Virus record (IMG/VR): IMGVR_UViG_3300005336_000001
Span: 1-64,000 of that record
DNA length: 64,000 nt
Reading direction: 5' to 3' (one strand)
Source: a virus
In this document: positions 36,703-46,457 of the stretch, piece after piece
How the letters are laid out: the number at the start of each line of letters is the position of its first letter
How positions within the stretch are numbered: the stretch's first letter is position 1
The notes under the pieces: generated by a model
What the model was told of the DNA's origin: nothing
Seen by the model: only the letters and a program-made list of their open reading frames with translations
Databases searched by the model: none
Program-made: the position numbers and the translations under genes

Positions 36703-38512
36703 TTTTGTCTTTCCTTGCTGTGATTATTCCTTCAAATTCACCAAAGTTGGCGATTGAAGTATGGTCAACAATCCAAATACGTTTCCCTTCCTCCATGGCA
36801 CGCTCATGCAACGTGTTTGCTAAATCCATCATCCCTTCAGTTGAAAGGTGCGTGGATGGTTCATCATAGAACTCTATCTTGTTGTTGAGACCTGCACCCT
36901 GCATGATTAAGTTGGCTAGACCAAGATCACCGGCCAATTGCAGGCGTTGTGTTTCACCCCCGGACCATGTTTCCCATTTGACCGGAGCAATATTGCCGGG
37001 TGACTTGACAAAAACCACAAAACCTTTGGTGACACCACCAGATTTATTTTCCCGCTCAATATCAAATGTTATTTGCCAGTCTGGCATTCCAAGTTGAGCC
37101 AGCACATTATTAACTTCCAGCTCTAGTGTTCTGAAAGCCTGCTCAATGATGAACAGGCGGACACGTTTGAATCCTTTCACCCAAAAACTGATGGCTGCGT
37201 ATTTTGCTTCGTAGCCCTCAAGGACGTTTCTGTCTTCGGTTAAACCCTCAGTCAAATCTTTAACCAAAAGTTTCTTACTATTTAGCATTTCCTTGTGAGG
37301 ATTACGTTCAGCGGCAATCAGGTCTATCTGAGTATTGAGTGCGGCAAGCTGGTCATTTGCTCTTAATTCATTAACTTCTTGCTTGTTCAGTTCTTTTTCT
37401 AATTTAAGGATTTCATCCTGCCATTCAAAAGCTAATGTTTCTTGACGGCTGAGCCCATTCTTTGCTTTGATCATTTCCTTAGTCAGAGTTTGTAAAGTGT
37501 CATCTACAATTGCAATTTGTACATCTAGTTCAAGTCGCATGCGTTCATTGATATGCTTGACGCTCTCAACGTGTTTGTGACTGATTTCTTGTAAACAGAG
37601 TGGGCATCCCCCCACTTTTAATTTTTCAGTACGGATGGCCTTTTTGTCAGCCAGTATCTCAGTACGTTTTTTGGATACGGCTGCAATCTTGTCCAAGAAT
37701 GAATTTCGTGTGCTGGTCCAATTTTTCATCTCAAAATCACAAGCTTTCAATTCAGCTTTTGCTTTTACGATATTCCCTTTTATTTTTGAAATCTTAGGAG
37801 CGATTATGTTATCTATGTCATTTGCAATTCTTGTGTATTGAGTGTTTATCTTCTTGATACGTTCTTTTTTGTCAATGTCGTAATTGTCCGTTGATATTGT
37901 CAGTGTTTTAATATCTTCCTTTAACACAGTCAAACGACCTTCATCATGGTTAATGCTGGCTGTGCATTCAGTTATTTTAGAAGAAAATTTGTCAGCCTGT
38001 TTCCCCGCCGCCTTGCTCAACTCAAGCCAGTAGTCCAGATTTTGAATATCTGAGAACAGATTGAGTTTTGCCGTAGGCTGCATGGCAAAAAATGATTCTG
38101 AGAACTGTGGGTTCAGGACTGAGTATTTGAAAGACTCATAGTTGAGCCTCAGATATTTCTGAAGTTCAACCTGATCCACGGGTTTGTCATCAAGGAACAG
38201 CCCATTGGGCTTTTGAGTGCGTTTAATGAGGCTGCGGCGGTCACCTACAGTGAGTTCTATGGTGACGGTAGCGGAGGTAGCCCCCCAAGACACCACTTCA
38301 GCGGCCTTTAGACCGCGTGTGGTGCGGCCAAACAAAACCCACGAAATGGCGTCAAGGAAGGTTGATTTGCCTGCCCCATTGGCCCCGAGTGCTGGGGACA
38401 TGATGTTCCTACCTGACAGAAAATACAGTCCGTGCTTGGTTGGGAAGTCAAACTCATGGGTACCAAGGTATGACCTGAAATTGGTCAGGATGATGCTGTG
38501 AAGGTCGAACAT
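36656..38512 (-). CDS. SbcC/Rad50/gp46-like ATPase
   Basis: GANGAGKST, CPLC hook, WSGGE signature, FYDEP. Confidence 0.92.
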   Translation of the reverse strand: MFDLHSIILTNFRSYLGTHEFDFPTKHGLYFLSGRNIMSPALGANGAGKSTFLDAISWVLFGRTTRGLKAAEVVSWGATSATVTIELTVGDRRSLIKRTQKPNGLFLDDKPVDQVELQKYLRLNYESFKYSVLNPQFSESFFAMQPTAKLNLFSDIQNLDYWLELSKAAGKQADKFSSKITECTASINHDEGRLTVLKEDIKTLTISTDNYDIDKKERIKKINTQYTRIANDIDNIIAPKISKIKGNIVKAKAELKACDFEMKNWTSTRNSFLDKIAAVSKKRTEILADKKAIRTEKLKVGGCPLCLQEISHKHVESVKHINERMRLELDVQIAIVDDTLQTLTKEMIKAKNGLSRQETLAFEWQDEILKLEKELNKQEVNELRANDQLAALNTQIDLIAAERNPHKEMLNSKKLLVKDLTEGLTEDRNVLEGYEAKYAAISFWVKGFKRVRLFIIEQAFRTLELEVNNVLAQLGMPDWQITFDIERENKSGGVTKGFVVFVKSPGNIAPVKWETWSGGETQRLQLAGDLGLANLIMQGAGLNNKIEFYDEPSTHLSTEGMMDLANTLHERAMEEGKRIWIVDHTSIANFGEFEGIITARKDKNGRSSITIEADSRIN

Positions 38513-38832
38513 TATTCCGGGTCTGAGCCTCTGGTGATTGCTTTGACTCTATTCATCCACAAATTGACGCAATGCGGGCACAAATCCACATCTATGATTT
38601 CAATGGGGGGTTTTGAAGGTGCCGCAAGATTTTGCGCAACACTAACCCCACCAATCCCACCACCACCACCGTAATTCCCAGCCGCATTCTGCTGTGCATG
38701 AATGTGCATTTGCACTGCTTGTTGCATCCTTTGCGTCTCATATGAGAGTTGTTGTTTCACACCACCAAACGACAGTACTGTTACGTCACGTGCTACATTT
38801 CCACAGTGGTCACAGAATGTTTTTGTTACCAT
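38512..38832 (-). CDS. Zn-finger hypothetical protein
   Basis: CDHC ... DLCPHC; start trimmed to 38832. Confidence 0.65.
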   Translation of the reverse strand: MVTKTFCDHCGNVARDVTVLSFGGVKQQLSYETQRMQQAVQMHIHAQQNAAGNYGGGGGIGGVSVAQNLAAPSKPPIEIIDVDLCPHCVNLWMNRVKAITRGSDPE

Positions 38833-39820
38833 TGATGATTCCCTTTCCTGCATCTCTAATATTTCGTGATAGATTTTCCGCATTGCTGAACTGATCAAAG
38901 ACGGCAGCGGGATCATTTCCAGTATTGCTTGCCATACTTCGTTTTTTAACTTCATTTGTTTTCATCTCCATCTTAGCTCCATAGACGTCAAGTTTGAGTT
39001 CCTTGCAGGCGTCAAGCACACGTTGCCTGATTTGTTTCCATTCAACGGCTTCTTCACGTGTGACTTCTATTACCAATTTTACCTGATCGCCTTCCATCAA
39101 ATGTTTATTGTTAAGAAGGTTGTCAGCGTCACGTATTTTGAGTGACCATTTCCGTGGCGCATCCATCCATGGGTATGCTTCAGTGCCATTTTGACTCACA
39201 TGGATGCATCTAGGCTCAAAATCATCACCGAAACGCACCTGATAGGGGCACCCTATATAAGTCACCAGACCTTGGGTCTGGGGGCGGTGCACGTCCCCGG
39301 CGTATACCCCTAGCTCTGGCTTGGCAGACTCAATCAGTGAGGCCGACAGGCCCGATAAACGTACCCCTGACTCAGCTATAGCCCCTTCAAAGGTTTGATG
39401 CACAAGAAAGCTATCAGGATCATCACCAAGACAGAGGTGAACAGCAGCGTCAAATTCATCCTGCGTCCTGTAGTGTGGGATAATTGCCATCCGTTTTTCC
39501 GCCTTAATGACGGTCGGTTTCGTGACAAAATGTAATCCTTCTATGTGACTAAGAAACTTGAAGAATGGATTCTTGTTGTCCCTGTAGTCGTGATTGCCCA
39601 TGTCAATGTAGACGGGCGGTCTTAGCTGTGTGAGGCCCGTCACAATCTGGTTGACCAATGTGGCTGAATGCCTGTCCTTACTGTCAGTGATATCACCAGC
39701 CAAGAAAGTAGCGGCAACAGGATTCTTTTTCTGTTGCCGCTTAATCCAGTCGAAGATGTTGAACCTATACGCGTCCTGACCACGATCAGTTAAGTGCAGG
39801 TCCCCTACCAATAACCACAT
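38810..39820 (-). CDS. SbcD/Mre11/gp47-like nuclease
   Basis: GDLH, AGDITD, GNHD, GDVH metallophosphoesterase motifs. Confidence 0.92.
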   Translation of the reverse strand: MWLLVGDLHLTDRGQDAYRFNIFDWIKRQQKKNPVAATFLAGDITDSKDRHSATLVNQIVTGLTQLRPPVYIDMGNHDYRDNKNPFFKFLSHIEGLHFVTKPTVIKAEKRMAIIPHYRTQDEFDAAVHLCLGDDPDSFLVHQTFEGAIAESGVRLSGLSASLIESAKPELGVYAGDVHRPQTQGLVTYIGCPYQVRFGDDFEPRCIHVSQNGTEAYPWMDAPRKWSLKIRDADNLLNNKHLMEGDQVKLVIEVTREEAVEWKQIRQRVLDACKELKLDVYGAKMEMKTNEVKKRSMASNTGNDPAAVFDQFSNAENLSRNIRDAGKGIINGNKNIL

Positions 39821-39987
39821 TACTCTTTCCGTGCTTCATAGTGAGCCAGCCAAATAACCAAGAACAGCAACACTGGCACAATAAACAAGTGAACTACGAA
39901 ACTGGCGAAGGACGGTTGCGCCATGAAGCCAGTGGCACCCCACACAACGAGTGCAAGGTACACCGATGGTTTAGTGTGAAAGTTCAT
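39820..39987 (-). CDS. small membrane protein
   Basis: Hydrophobic 55 aa; coupled to SbcD start. Confidence 0.55.
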   Translation of the reverse strand: MNFHTKPSVYLALVVWGATGFMAQPSFASFVVHLFIVPVLLFLVIWLAHYEARKE

Positions 39988-40654
39988 GTGTTTTCCATTT
40001 TGACCAGAGGTAGGCGACACCAAGCACAAATCCAACGCCCTGTGCAGCCCAGATACGTGGATCAATCTCAAGTTGGGTGATAAAGCCCTCACTGGCGATC
40101 AACTCGCCGGCAAGCCAGCCTAGCAGCGCGGCCCCCGCCCAAATAAGGATGGGGAATTTGTTCAGGATCATGGTTATCAAGGTAGCCCCAGTAACCACTA
40201 GCGGGATACTGACAGCCAAACCAATGGCAAGAAGGAGGACGTTGCCTTGTGCAACAGCAGCCACCGCCACCATGTTATCCACACTCATGACAATATCAGC
40301 CAACACGATGATTCTGATTGCTGCAAAGAGTTTGTCAGAAGACTTTACGTCACTCTCACCATCATCAGGCAGACACATCTTGATGGCTACAAAGAGCAAT
40401 GCCAACCCGCCAGCAAGTTTGAGGTAAGGAAGTGTCATTAGTGTGGACACAACGCCTGTAGCGGCAATACGCAACAAGACAGCACTCAGGGCACCTAAGA
40501 TAATACCCCAAAAGCGTTGACGCTCAGGCAGGCCACGGCATGCCATAGCTATAACCAGTGCATTGTCACCAGACAATAGTGCATCTATCCAAATGACTTT
40601 GCCAATAGCCAGCCAAAAGGCTGGGTCGTGCAGTTCCATTTCTAACCACGGCAT
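39971..40654 (-). CDS. terC: TerC/YjbE-family membrane protein
   Basis: LLSGDNALVIA and ADIVMSVDNMVAV. Confidence 0.92.
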   Translation of the reverse strand: MPWLEMELHDPAFWLAIGKVIWIDALLSGDNALVIAMACRGLPERQRFWGIILGALSAVLLRIAATGVVSTLMTLPYLKLAGGLALLFVAIKMCLPDDGESDVKSSDKLFAAIRIIVLADIVMSVDNMVAVAAVAQGNVLLLAIGLAVSIPLVVTGATLITMILNKFPILIWAGAALLGWLAGELIASEGFITQLEIDPRIWAAQGVGFVLGVAYLWSKWKTHELSH

Positions 40655-40742
40655 GTTTGATCCTCAAATATAGACAAAGCGGGGCGGCCTATTTAAGCAC
40701 CGCAAGAACAGTGCCGAGCCGCCCCTACCCAGCCGGGGTTAC

Positions 40743-41204
40743 TTAGAAGTCAAACTTGGAAGGATCAACATTCAGGCGCTTTGCAATCTTTTCAAGCACC
40801 TTGGTCTCATCTTCACCAGCTTTGCCGTTGTGGTTTGACGAGGCCACGTCTACCGCAACAAGGTAGACGTCATCAGCCATTTGGCTCGCATTGGGCAGGC
40901 TGTTCACTGCATCAAGGTTCCGTGCAAGCTCTTGCTTGCCAGAAGCAGTGGTGGCATGCCCTAGTGCGTTGTTGAGGGTGCTTTCAATCTGTTGACGGGT
41001 GTACAGGCCCGACAACTGGGTGTGGCTGGTAAGCACTTCCATGGCCTTTTTCTTTTCAGCATCCTCACAGGTGCCGTCAGCATAGGCAATGAGGGCACAT
41101 GAAGCAGAGACTGCCTTCAGGAAGTCTTCAGTCTTGCCATACTCCTTGTTCAGTTCCTTCATGCCTGAGGCAAAGACGCTCTTAAACATAGACGAGATTG
41201 ACAT
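40743..41204 (-). CDS. terB: TerB-family protein
   Basis: ALIAYADG....EK and E.KVL.KIA..L repeats. Confidence 0.85.
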   Translation of the reverse strand: MSISSMFKSVFASGMKELNKEYGKTEDFLKAVSASCALIAYADGTCEDAEKKKAMEVLTSHTQLSGLYTRQQIESTLNNALGHATTASGKQELARNLDAVNSLPNASQMADDVYLVAVDVASSNHNGKAGEDETKVLEKIAKRLNVDPSKFDF

Positions 41205-41259
41205 TTACGCTTCTCCATTGCGCAGTTAAGCAAATGGGATGGTTGCGCGTTCCATCCCA

Positions 41260-41772
41260 TCATACAAAAGGCTTAGTAATTTTGAAGAACTTAGCTGCCT
41301 CTATAATGTGCAAATTGTGGCGCACACTGATTAACAGCATATTCTTGTACATAAGCCCTAAAAGCCTCCGGCCCTCTATATCAAGGCAAACCATCGGTTG
41401 CATACGGTTTTGACGGACCACCATTAGCGGGCGCTTTTTGTACCTTCCAGCCTGTTTTTGGATCTCGTCCCAAAACGTCAAAAGCTTGCCTTTGCCTGTC
41501 AATAGACCGGGATAGTCAAGGTTGGCATAGAACTTACACTCGGGGGCAAATGCTTCTATGAACTTGCTACCAGCATGGTGGACACATGAAATGTCACCAA
41601 CCTGTGACGCATGGTGCTTGCCGCGTTTGTGTCCAACGGTGGCACGGCCTCCAGACATGGCACTCCGCCAAAATACGTCCTCACGTTCATTGTTAGTTAT
41701 CCATTTTGAAAGCATGACACAGACATCACGCTCGAACTGCGCTCCCTTCTGCTTTCCCCCACCAGCTCGCAT
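41260..41772 (-). CDS. putative Holliday junction resolvase (PD-(D/E)XK)
   Basis: KQKGAQFER, GDI, ECK. Confidence 0.8.
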   Translation of the reverse strand: MRAGGGKQKGAQFERDVCVMLSKWITNNEREDVFWRSAMSGGRATVGHKRGKHHASQVGDISCVHHAGSKFIEAFAPECKFYANLDYPGLLTGKGKLLTFWDEIQKQAGRYKKRPLMVVRQNRMQPMVCLDIEGRRLLGLMYKNMLLISVRHNLHIIEAAKFFKITKPFV

Positions 41773-41990
41773 CAATTGTCCCTTTTTGGATCATCTTCTA
41801 AAGTACGGCAGTAATAGTGTGTGGTGCGCTTTGTAGTATCTTCAAAATAGATCACACACCCTTTATCTGTTTGAGATAAAGGCATTTTACATTCAGCACA
41901 TAAGGCACCACGAACTATTTTTTCAAATTCATTTTTGACATTCATGGCATTACTCACTCGATTTTTTCTTTTTCCACCACCGGGTAGCAT
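41772..41990 (-). CDS. small Cys-containing hypothetical protein
   Basis: CAEC; coupled. Confidence 0.5.
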   Translation of the reverse strand: MLPGGGKRKNRVSNAMNVKNEFEKIVRGALCAECKMPLSQTDKGCVIYFEDTTKRTTHYYCRTLEDDPKRDN

Positions 41991-42083
41991 TTAGAACAAA
42001 CTCGCAATAGATAAAATTAGCCAAACTGCCAAAATAGGAGTAAGGATAATTACAATAACAGGAATTATGACATCCTCAATCAT
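41991..42083 (-). CDS. 30-aa single-TM peptide (not in ORF track)
   Basis: MIEDVIIPVIVIILTPILAVWLILSIASLF; coupled at both ends. Confidence 0.5.
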   Translation of the reverse strand: MIEDVIIPVIVIILTPILAVWLILSIASLF

Positions 42084-42655
42084 GGCATTATCCATGCAAT
42101 CTGATAACCAAAAGTAAACGGAGCAACGTCAATCTGTTTGAACCACTTGGCGACGAAGGCACCTTTGCCACCTACCTCAAAGCCCGGACCCATAGGCGAA
42201 TCATCAATGAACACGATTGAACCGGGGCGCAGACGTGGCCGTGCAGCGCAGAATTCAAACAAACAGTGCATCGCAGCCGGGCCAGCATTGGCCATGTCGA
42301 CGTCAAAGCTATCAAGATACAACATATCTATGACCGGGCCGGGCTTTGACAATTCAAGTACGCTATCGCTAACAACAGACCCTGAATTCTTTAATGTGGT
42401 ACGAACCAATTCAATAGCATCTTGGTCAGTGTCTATCGTGGTGAATGATCCGGTGTGCCATTGAATGTAACTATCCCAAATGACAGTGGATTGCCCATCA
42501 CCTTCCCAATTGTCAAGTTTGCGCATGCAGCCAGTTTCTACGATGTGCCGTACTTGGCGTGTGACGGCCTCACGAATCACAGCCCTGAAGGTTGGGGCGC
42601 GGATTCCAAGCTTGGGCATGTACGCAACATCAAACCTATCTACAAAATCAGGCAT
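42080..42655 (-). CDS. class I SAM-dependent methyltransferase (small-molecule/glycan type)
   Basis: IVETG, IDMLYLDS, LRPGSIVFIDD. Confidence 0.8.
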   Translation of the reverse strand: MPDFVDRFDVAYMPKLGIRAPTFRAVIREAVTRQVRHIVETGCMRKLDNWEGDGQSTVIWDSYIQWHTGSFTTIDTDQDAIELVRTTLKNSGSVVSDSVLELSKPGPVIDMLYLDSFDVDMANAGPAAMHCLFEFCAARPRLRPGSIVFIDDSPMGPGFEVGGKGAFVAKWFKQIDVAPFTFGYQIAWIMP

Positions 42656-43670
42656 ACTTACTCCGCTTGGGCAAGAAGGTAGTTTCAATTTCACCCCATA
42701 CTTGTTTGACGGCCTCTGCTGCACGAAGACGTTCTTCCTTGTGCTCAGCATCAGTCATTTCATTCAAGCCCTTGAGGTAATCCTTGAACTCTGTCTTTTT
42801 TAGGTCTATGGCATCAAGTCTATCCACTTCATTGAGCCAGTTTACACTGGCCAGAAGGTCATTGATGCCGTAGCCGAATTCAAAGGTGAACTCTGCCTCT
42901 CTGAACGGCATGCCTACCTTGTTCTTTTTTACCTTGGCTTTAATTTCAATCCCGTATGGCCGTTCAACCTTGTTGATGGTCTTTTTGAGGATTTTGATAT
43001 GGGCAAGCCAGAACACTTGAGAGGCGTAGAAGTCGAGAGCCTTCCCCCCGCTTCTCTTATGCTTCTCTCCAAACATAGCGCCAATATTGTCCCGCACTTG
43101 GGACACAATGAAAAGAAGGACGTTGGCTTGTTCCTGCTTTCGTGTAATTTTACGAAACATCTCACTCATCTTTTTGGCTTTAGCTGCTCCAAAAGATGCC
43201 TTGTCAATATCTCGATCCATTTCAGCGTCGTCGGAAAGGGCGTCAAAAGAATCAAGGACGTAGAGGCCCGGCTTCTTAGCTTTTTTCTGTTGGTCACAAA
43301 AAGCATCAAAGTCCTTGTAGAAGTCCTCAACAGTAATAATTGGATTTTCACGATCGCCAAAGTCAATGCGGTCAAGAGGCAAACCCATAGCCTCAGCGTA
43401 ACTGTCATCCCATGCAGCTTCTGTTTCACGATAAGCAATGTTGCCATCTGGGCACACTATTGAGAAGTTTATCATGACTTCAGTGGCAGTTCCGGTTTTA
43501 GCCGTGCTCTTGTCACCCACAATGTTGGCGGTGCGCCCTAGAGCAAGCCCACCGCCCAAAGCGCAGTCCAACAGAGTGCAGCCAGTGCTAACAAACTGAA
43601 TGTTAGTCTTTTCAGAAGTGAAATAATTGTTTCGTGGCTTCTCAACGACTGCCCGTACCCTTTTTACCAT
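42648..43670 (-). CDS. recA: RecA/UvsX-like recombinase
   Basis: STG...LD.ALGGG, GDKSTAKT, SQVRDNIG, SGGKALDFYAS, KNKV. Confidence 0.92.
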   Translation of the reverse strand: MVKRVRAVVEKPRNNYFTSEKTNIQFVSTGCTLLDCALGGGLALGRTANIVGDKSTAKTGTATEVMINFSIVCPDGNIAYRETEAAWDDSYAEAMGLPLDRIDFGDRENPIITVEDFYKDFDAFCDQQKKAKKPGLYVLDSFDALSDDAEMDRDIDKASFGAAKAKKMSEMFRKITRKQEQANVLLFIVSQVRDNIGAMFGEKHKRSGGKALDFYASQVFWLAHIKILKKTINKVERPYGIEIKAKVKKNKVGMPFREAEFTFEFGYGINDLLASVNWLNEVDRLDAIDLKKTEFKDYLKGLNEMTDAEHKEERLRAAEAVKQVWGEIETTFLPKRSKYA

Positions 43671-44128
43671 CACTCTTCCATCTTTGCTGGGACAGGTTCA
43701 TTTACCTGATCCTGATATTTACCATTGTAGACTTGTTCAGTTGGTTTATCCAAAAATTCAAATATAATCTGAGCAATAGGCATTCCCTTCTTCAGATTAA
43801 GCATGTGGATGCCATTAAGAGCCAATTCAAGAGTTAAGTATCCCCTCCAGCCGGGTTCAATAACTGTGTTAAATACTTGCAATCCTTGGCGTGCCCAAGT
43901 TGATTTATCATGGACACGTCCCACAACATCATCCGGCATATTGAAATGCTCAATCGTGGAAGCAAGCCTGAAACGCATGTATTCATTGGCATTGAGCATT
44001 ACGTCTTGAGCAATGCGGACGTCATAACCGCAACTGGACAAGCCATAACTCATCCCAAACTCAACTGTACGTTCACAGAAGGGGGTGATGATGCCACAAC
44101 ACCTGATGCTTTGTGCTGAGAGGATCAT
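43670..44128 (-). CDS. dcd: dCTP deaminase
   Basis: SYGLSSCGYD, DKSTWARQG, IEPGWRG.LTLE, YNGKYQ. Confidence 0.93.
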   Translation of the reverse strand: MILSAQSIRCCGIITPFCERTVEFGMSYGLSSCGYDVRIAQDVMLNANEYMRFRLASTIEHFNMPDDVVGRVHDKSTWARQGLQVFNTVIEPGWRGYLTLELALNGIHMLNLKKGMPIAQIIFEFLDKPTEQVYNGKYQDQVNEPVPAKMEE

Positions 44129-44400
44129 CCAAACCTCGGTGCGTTCTTGAAGGCTTCATCAAAGTTGGCTTTGCAGACAGAAAGGAACTGTTGCTCAGTC
44201 ATGCCTACATCTACCCCTATGATGGCTGACAGTTGAGATAGGGCTACAACACTGATGCGGGAGTAAAGCACTTGGCTCACCCCCGCATCACGCATGCCGT
44301 CCACCCAAAACTGGCGCATCTCGTTCACTATCTTAACGTGGAGGAGGTACTCAGGCGAAGGATCTTCAACCTTCGGGGTGTCAGCTTTGATTCTTGGCAT
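44125..44400 (-). CDS. hypothetical protein
   Basis: ATGA coupling to dcd. Confidence 0.65.
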   Translation of the reverse strand: MPRIKADTPKVEDPSPEYLLHVKIVNEMRQFWVDGMRDAGVSQVLYSRISVVALSQLSAIIGVDVGMTEQQFLSVCKANFDEAFKNAPRFG

Positions 44401-44564
44401 CAAATCTAGCCTTTAACAGTTCGGCCCAAGTGCGGTGGCCTGAACGGACAATGACCAATTGCTCTCTGGCCCATCTCATATACGGAATTTCGTCGTTCAT
44501 GATTTCTGCTGAAGAACGCCGGTCAAGAACCACGGGGTCCTTGCCGGCTCTTTTTAGAAGTTCC

Positions 44565-45770
44565 TCAGTCCTCTTCTGAGTTTCGAGTTCGACGCCTCGC
44601 AGCTAGCTTGGCGCGGAGGCTGCCGCCAGTGTCCTCATCCTCATCTTCAGATTCAGTCTTCCCACGGCGGCTTTTCGTAGGGAGTGCTTCATCCTCATCT
44701 TCAGGTTCAGCCCTTACCCGTTTGCGGGCCGCAGGCTTTTCTTCAACATCATCATCATCGTCAGGATCGGCCTGTTTGCGTGATGACGAGCGACGTGCTG
44801 GTTTTTCATCTTCATCTTCATAATCAGGCTCAGGGTCTGGCCTTGCACGCTGTCTAGTCCGGGCCGGTTTTTCTTCAACCTCATCTTCATCCAGTTCTTG
44901 GTCCCTACGTGGGCCACGTGTTTTAAGTGGAAGCTCTTCCTGTTCAGGGTCCGAGCGCCGGGTGCGGCTACGCACCGGCTTTTCATCAACTTCATCCTCA
45001 CCCGGATCACATGCCTTGCGACTACGGATAGTCTTTTCTTCAGATTCAGGATCATCCTCATCCCTACGGCCAGCCTGACCACCAAAGGTTGCAGCAATGT
45101 GGTCATAGTCATAGAAGTTCAACACGTCAGGCAATTGGTTCTCAGCAATGAAATCCAGCCATTCAGCTTCAAGCCCTTCATCCTCATGAATGTTTGAGGG
45201 CTTCAGCACCTTCATCTTGGAAGGGTCATACTTGGTCAACAGACCAGTACCCTCCTTGTAGAAACGCACGTCACGGCCATCAGACGGGCCATCAATGAAG
45301 ATTACATCCTTGGTATCTTCATCAATGCACAAGTTGGACAGTGATTTGTCAAAGGTGAAAGGTGCGGCCCAAAGCAGTGGCCCTTCATCTTCATCCATGC
45401 GGTCAATGATCCAGTACAAAATGCGTTGTGACGGATTCAACGCCTTGGCCAGATCCTTATCACCTTCCTTCTGAGCATCACGACGTGCTTCTGCCAACGG
45501 ATCAGCACCTTTGCCGTGCTTGCTCAAAGAGAGGTACGATTGATTGTCAGCGCCAATATTGAAATTGACAAAGATATCCAAGCCGTAGTGTTTAGCCTTT
45601 TCCCACGTAGGGGGCAGAATACGGATAACGTTTTTTCCATCCTTTGGTTTCCACTGCTTGAACTTGGGCTTGATGTAGGTGTCATAATTGCCACCTTTCA
45701 TATTGGCCCGTTCCTTCAGTGTGTCCTTTGAACGCTTTTGATACTTGAACCCACGCTCTTCTTTAGGCAT
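44565..45770 (-). CDS. gp32-like ssDNA-binding protein with long charged tail
   Basis: G.N.IRILPP, GRD....KEG.GL.T.Y core; D/E/R-rich tail. Confidence 0.75.
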   Translation of the reverse strand: MPKEERGFKYQKRSKDTLKERANMKGGNYDTYIKPKFKQWKPKDGKNVIRILPPTWEKAKHYGLDIFVNFNIGADNQSYLSLSKHGKGADPLAEARRDAQKEGDKDLAKALNPSQRILYWIIDRMDEDEGPLLWAAPFTFDKSLSNLCIDEDTKDVIFIDGPSDGRDVRFYKEGTGLLTKYDPSKMKVLKPSNIHEDEGLEAEWLDFIAENQLPDVLNFYDYDHIAATFGGQAGRRDEDDPESEEKTIRSRKACDPGEDEVDEKPVRSRTRRSDPEQEELPLKTRGPRRDQELDEDEVEEKPARTRQRARPDPEPDYEDEDEKPARRSSSRKQADPDDDDDVEEKPAARKRVRAEPEDEDEALPTKSRRGKTESEDEDEDTGGSLRAKLAARRRTRNSEED

Positions 45771-45787
45771 TTGTCACCTTTCTCATG

Positions 45788-46282
45788 TTAATCTCCTCCT
45801 CTGGCTGACCGTGCATTAGCTATGCGGTTGCGGTTTGCAGCATAGTGAGAAGCTTCTTGGGCTTTGGTAGGCTTAACGGATGCATCCTCATAATAGTTGG
45901 CAGAATATAATGAGACTAAATCTCTAAGCATGTAACTACGTTGTTGAAAGGCTTCTTTTAGAGCAAGTAATTTGTCTGATTTTGTTTTGGCATCTAAATA
46001 TTCATCAAAGGCTTTTTCATGGTCAATGTGCGTCTGCACGTAATTTTTGACCATGGTCTCGGTGACCTTATCAAACTTCTTAGCCAGTGCTCGCCTGCCT
46101 TCATTATCCAAATCAGCATCAACCACCGCTAGATTTTCCTTAGCACCATCCTTGTCAGCCAAGGCGTCAGTCAGCATTTCACTGATGGTGTAGAATAGGA
46201 CAGGTTGCCTGATAACCTCGTCATCAAGCACAGACTTATCGATAGCTAATTGCGCTTGAAGATCACTTATTGTTAGTGGCAT
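45788..46282 (-). CDS. UvsY-like recombination mediator
   Basis: Helical; L.ID...LD.E...QP; EAFQQRSYML; adjacent to SSB. Confidence 0.55.
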   Translation of the reverse strand: MPLTISDLQAQLAIDKSVLDDEVIRQPVLFYTISEMLTDALADKDGAKENLAVVDADLDNEGRRALAKKFDKVTETMVKNYVQTHIDHEKAFDEYLDAKTKSDKLLALKEAFQQRSYMLRDLVSLYSANYYEDASVKPTKAQEASHYAANRNRIANARSARGGD

Positions 46283-46457
46283 CGGGCAACATGATCTCGA
46301 TTTCAACATAGTGAGCCCGCTCAGTGGCGGGATCAAATGACCAAATAGGCTGCATGGCTTTAAACATCTCAAGTGATGTTTCGGCATCTGATCCGTGGAT
46401 CATGTAGCCACCTTTGTCGTCGACAAGGACGACTGCTTTTACAGTCAGTGCTGGCAT
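46263..46457 (-). CDS. hypothetical protein
   Basis: 64 aa, fills gap. Confidence 0.6.
   Translation of the reverse strand: MPALTVKAVVLVDDKGGYMIHGSDAETSLEMFKAMQPIWSFDPATERAHYVEIEIMLPDATNNK

Noticed and set aside
40655-40742. yybP-ykoY Mn riboswitch upstream of terC
   Set aside because: Characteristic GGGGAGUA start and four-way junction not seen.
44380-44600. Possible +1 frameshift extension of the SSB gene
   Set aside because: An open overlapping frame exists, but there is no slippery site or TAGA. A short independent ORF from the internal ATG explains it.
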